A stretch of 11,768 nt of DNA from Octopus sinensis (taxonomy: Eukaryota): the NCBI RefSeq assembly GCF_006345805.1, contig NW_021826741.1, forward strand, positions 1 to 11,768, written 5' to 3'. Position numbers and translations under genes: made by a program. Shown here piece by piece: positions 8,136 through 11,768 of the stretch; within the stretch, counting starts at the first letter, position 1; the number at the start of each line of letters is the position of its first letter. The notes beneath the pieces are model-generated. The model saw only the letters and a list, made by a program, of their open reading frames with translations. It had not been told where the DNA came from and did no database searches.

Positions 8136-8431
8136 GTATTTATCAGCCATTCACAAACAAATTATCATTTAATTAGGCTGAAGAAAAATATCCCCCAATT
8201 ATAGAAACTACAAAGAAAATATCCAATCCTCATTTTCAAAACCCAGTAAACAGCATCATTTTCACCGATGTCTGTTATTTTTATAAAAATGCTGTCATCT
8301 TGATATCACTGACGCACCCCCCCCCCAAACCAAGACTAGTATACACTTTTATTCTACCATCGATCCTTTTCGAGATTTTAAAAGTTCTTGTTCTATATAA
8401 AAGTATGAACAAGTTCTCAGAATCGGTAATA

Positions 8432-8465
8432 GTGGTGGTGGTGGTGGTGGTGGTGGTGGTGGTGG
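8432..8465. repeat. (GGT)n
   Basis: Direct reading. Confidence 0.95.
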
Positions 8466-8939
8466 GATGTGATGTGTCAGAGGTGGAGGAAGTGTTCAGT
8501 GATGTTGATGTGTCTTTGGCGTTTGGTGGTGGCTGGTTTGGTGTGAGGTGGCTCATTTGAAACGGTACGTCCTCGTACATAGTGTGGATTTCGGTATTTT
8601 AATCGACGTTCGGCTGCTAAATTGCCAGAGGCTGTGAATAGATGAGCTATTTGCTGCGGAAGGAGTGTCTAAATGGCTAATAAATGCAATGACCTCGGGC
8701 AACATTAAACATACACGAATTTAGAAACGGAGACTGAACAGGTCACGTGTCTATTCAAGACATGTAAATTTTATAACTTTCTAAAGAATTTTCCTTCTCT
8801 AATTTTTTTTATTATTTTCTAAATAATTTCTTTGTTCATAAAGCAGTTACGTCAGCGATGCCGTTGTTCTTGTGATAGCCATCGCCGTCATTGTCAAGAA
8901 CGTCCTCGATAGCATAATAATTAAGATCCCCTTCCGCCT

Positions 8940-9006
8940 CCTCTTCATCATCATCATCATCATCGTCATCGTCATCGTCATCGTTGTTGTCGTCAGCATC
9001 GACATC

Positions 9007-9053
<47 letters not shown>

Positions 9054-9605
9054 CAACATCATTATCATCCTCATCCACATCATCATCATCATCATCATCA
9101 TCATCGTCGTCATCATCATCCACTCATCATCATCATCATTATCATCATCCACATGATCATCATCATCATAATCATCATCATCATCATAATCATCATTATC
9201 TATCAGCATCATCAGCACATCATCATAATCATCATCATCATCATCATCATCCACATCATCATCATCATCATCATCAGCGTCATCATCATCATCATCACCG
9301 GCATCGTCATCATCATCATCATCATCATCATCATCAACATCATCATAATCATCCTCATCCACATCCCCCTCCTCCTCCTCATCATCATCATCGTCGTCGT
9401 CGTCATCATCATCATCGTCGTCGTCATCGTCATCATCATCATCATCCTCATCCACATCATCATCGTCATCATCATCATCATCATCATCGTCGTCATCATC
9501 ATCATCATTATCATCATCATCATCATCGTCGTAATCATCGTCATCATCATCATCATCATTCATCATCATCGTCATCTTCATCATCATCATCATCATCATC
9601 ATCAT
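8940..9605. repeat. ~660-bp degenerate (ATC)n/(GTC)n trinucleotide tract
   Basis: Direct reading; it generates the poly-D, poly-H, poly-I, poly-S and poly-M ORFs. Confidence 0.95.
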
Positions 9606-9973
9606 TTTGTTGTAATCAGGATTATCAATTTTGTCGTTGTCGCCGTCATCATCTCCAAATTAAATACCCTCATCGTTACATGAATTAGACGAGCCTCAAA
9701 TTGTAGTATCATACATTTCCATCTCTTGATACTAAGCCTCCTGATATTATTCTCGTTCGCTTACTTCTTAAATGGTCATCTTCTATCATCGTAACCGTCA
9801 TCACCAAGCTGGTATTTTTCAACATTAACAAGAACAAGAGCACACCAGAAAGAAAACAAGAGAAACAGGAATTATATGTTCAGAAAAGGATCTAGACAGC
9901 ACACATTCCCCGTTACATACTTTTTATAGGAGAAATGCAAAATCAACATAGAAAATGATTTGGGATTTGAAAC

Positions 9974-9974
<1 letters not shown>

Positions 9975-10019
<45 letters not shown>

Positions 10020-10020
10020 C

Positions 10021-10064
<44 letters not shown>

Positions 10065-10305
10065 ATCTATTATCTATCTATCTATCTATCTCTATCTATC
10101 TATCTATCGATCTATCTATCTATCTATCTGTCTATCTATCTGTCTGTCTATCTATATCTATCTATCTATCTATCTCTATCTATCTATCGATCTATCTATC
10201 TGTCTGTCTATGTCTATCTATCTATCTATATCTATCTATCTATCCTATCTATCTACTATCTATCTATCGATCTATCTATCTATCTATCTATCTATCTACT
10301 ATCTA

Positions 10306-10364
<59 letters not shown>

Positions 10365-10375
10365 ATCTGTCTGTC
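9975..10375. repeat. (TATC)n/(TGTC)n tetranucleotide tract
   Basis: Direct reading. Confidence 0.95.
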
Positions 10376-10510
10376 TGGCTGTCTGTCTCTTTGTCTTTCT
10401 GTCTGTCTCTCTCTCCCTTTCTCTTTATATATGTATATATGTATATATACATATACATTTATATATATGTGTGTATATACACCTCCCACACACGCGCGGG
10501 GGTGCACACG

Positions 10511-10512
<2 letters not shown>

Positions 10513-10560
<48 letters not shown>
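10513..10560. repeat. (CA)n
   Basis: Direct reading. Confidence 0.95.
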
Positions 10561-10829
10561 CCTTATATATTAGCGGCGCCATCATAAACAACGTCGAGTG
10601 TTACACAAACGGTTCCAGAATATAGACTCATCCTTCTGAGACAAATATAAGCGAACGCGAGATATAATACTTACTCAATGGAGGAAATGGTGTAACAGCA
10701 CCTTGCGGATATTATAAATAATAGGAAAAATTGTCGAAACTGCAAACAGCAGCCTTAGCTAAAGAAAAGGAATAACAATGCTCGTACCACAGCAACAAGG
10801 CAAGTTGGAAGCACCAAATATAATCAGTG

Positions 10830-10845
10830 AATATATATGAAACAT

Positions 10846-10879
<34 letters not shown>

Positions 10880-10916
10880 ATATATATATCTATATATATA
10901 TATAGATATATATATA
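10830..10916. repeat. Interrupted (TA)n
   Basis: Direct reading. Confidence 0.95.
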
Positions 10917-11075
10917 AGATATAAAACAATTGCAGCGTGGAAGGTGTTTATAAGCCATTTAAGAAACACACAAAAGCCGTTCGATTCACATCAACATTTA
11001 AGTTTATTTGCCAAAATATTTGTGTCGCTAAAATCCGCGACCTGTTCACTGACAAAAATCTGTGCTGCATCTGAG
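10917..11075 (-). mobile_element. Short PLE-type tail with HHR-like motif
   Basis: Island between (TA)n tracts, with an HHR-like fold at 11007-11056 about 90 nt from the (TA)n at its minus-strand 3' end. Confidence 0.5.
11007..11056 (-). ncRNA. Degenerate type I hammerhead-like motif with G3-C8 swapped core
   Basis: UUUGUCA-GUGAACA-G-GUCGC(GGAUUUUA)GCGAC-ACAA-AUAU-UU|UGGCAAA: 7-bp stem I (one G.U), 5-bp stem II and an AAUAUU palindrome. The GAAA position reads ACAA in this copy. Confidence 0.5.
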
Positions 11076-11094
11076 AAAGTAACAGTTAGTTCGT

Positions 11095-11260
11095 CATATA
11101 TATGTACGTATGTATGTGTGTATGTATGCATACATGTGTGTATGTATGTACGTATGATGTACGTACATACGCCTGTGTATGCATTATGTATGTATGTATG
11201 TATGTATGTATGTATGTATGTATGTATGTATGTATGTATATATGTATGTGTGTGTATATT
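11095..11260. repeat. Degenerate (TATG)n
   Basis: Direct reading. Confidence 0.9.
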
Positions 11261-11467
11261 GCACGCACATACACTCTATAAACATAAAGCTATATACCTA
11301 TAGCGATGGATAGATGTAGAGTGACCACTCATCACAATACTATCAATTTCAACTTCCTCCGGCCGAAGCCTGGAAGTGATTTACGACCCTTACTCCCCAA
11401 ACTATACCCTAAAACCTATTATCAGATCTTTATCTCTATATCACAGAACTTTTGTTTTACTATTGTG

Positions 11468-11725
11468 CGTATGTATGTATGTATGTGCGTATATGTAGGT
11501 ATGTATGTATGTATGTATGTATGTAATGTGTATGTATGTATGTGTATGTGTATGGTTTATATGTTTGTATGACATACGTACGCATGTGCGTATGTATGTA
11601 TACGCGCACGTATGCATGTGCCCATGTATGTGCGTGCGTACATGTACGTGCGTATGTACGTGTGTATGCCCATACGTAGGTATTTATGTAGTATGTTTGT
11701 ACTCATGTGCTCCGTATGTATGTGA
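11468..11725. repeat. Degenerate (TATG)n/(TGCG) tract
   Basis: Direct reading. Confidence 0.9.
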
Positions 11726-11768
11726 GTGTCTAGGAGAATGGGCAGACGTGTCTGTGAGAGTGTGTACA

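Noticed and set aside
8185-8225. CTGAAGA...GAAAC spacing resembling a hammerhead
   Set aside because: No pairing in stems I-III and no NUH triplet in position
8847-9688. Long poly-D/H/I/M/S ORFs
   Set aside because: Several overlapping frames on both strands are open simply because (ATC)n lacks stops; there is no other coding evidence
9960-10625. 221-aa YLSI-repeat ORF, and similar YI/CM/VC ORFs elsewhere
   Set aside because: These are translations of TATC, TA, TATG and CA microsatellites
11355-11382. Small hairpin ACTTCC..GGC(CGAA)GCC..GGAAGT
   Set aside because: Isolated, with no ribozyme core or element boundary to support a function

Overview
AT-rich, microsatellite-dense eukaryotic DNA, most likely cephalopod (Octopus-like; inferred from the repeat landscape and recalled repeat families, not verified by search). 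No confident host gene is present, and almost all ORFs in the track are translations of simple repeats. Interspersed elements are: a decayed Tc1/mariner transposase 5' end (921-1487), a head-to-head pair of decayed Penelope-like element (PLE) GIY-YIG 3' ends (3038-3906), two foldback/MITE-like units, and LINE/SINE-type tails. The main signal is a set of short segments, each with a type I hammerhead-ribozyme (HHR)-like fold about 75-110 nt upstream of a (TA)n or (TG)n tract. Their cores sample three different Watson-Crick versions of the tertiary 3-8 pair: C3-G8 at 7895-7945, A3-U8 at 3112-3145 and 3763-3796, and G3-C8 at 11007-11056. Most have palindromic stem III regions typical of dimer-acting PLE hammerheads. 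One HHR sits in a perfect 68-bp-arm palindrome (7818-7959), so it is encoded on both strands.
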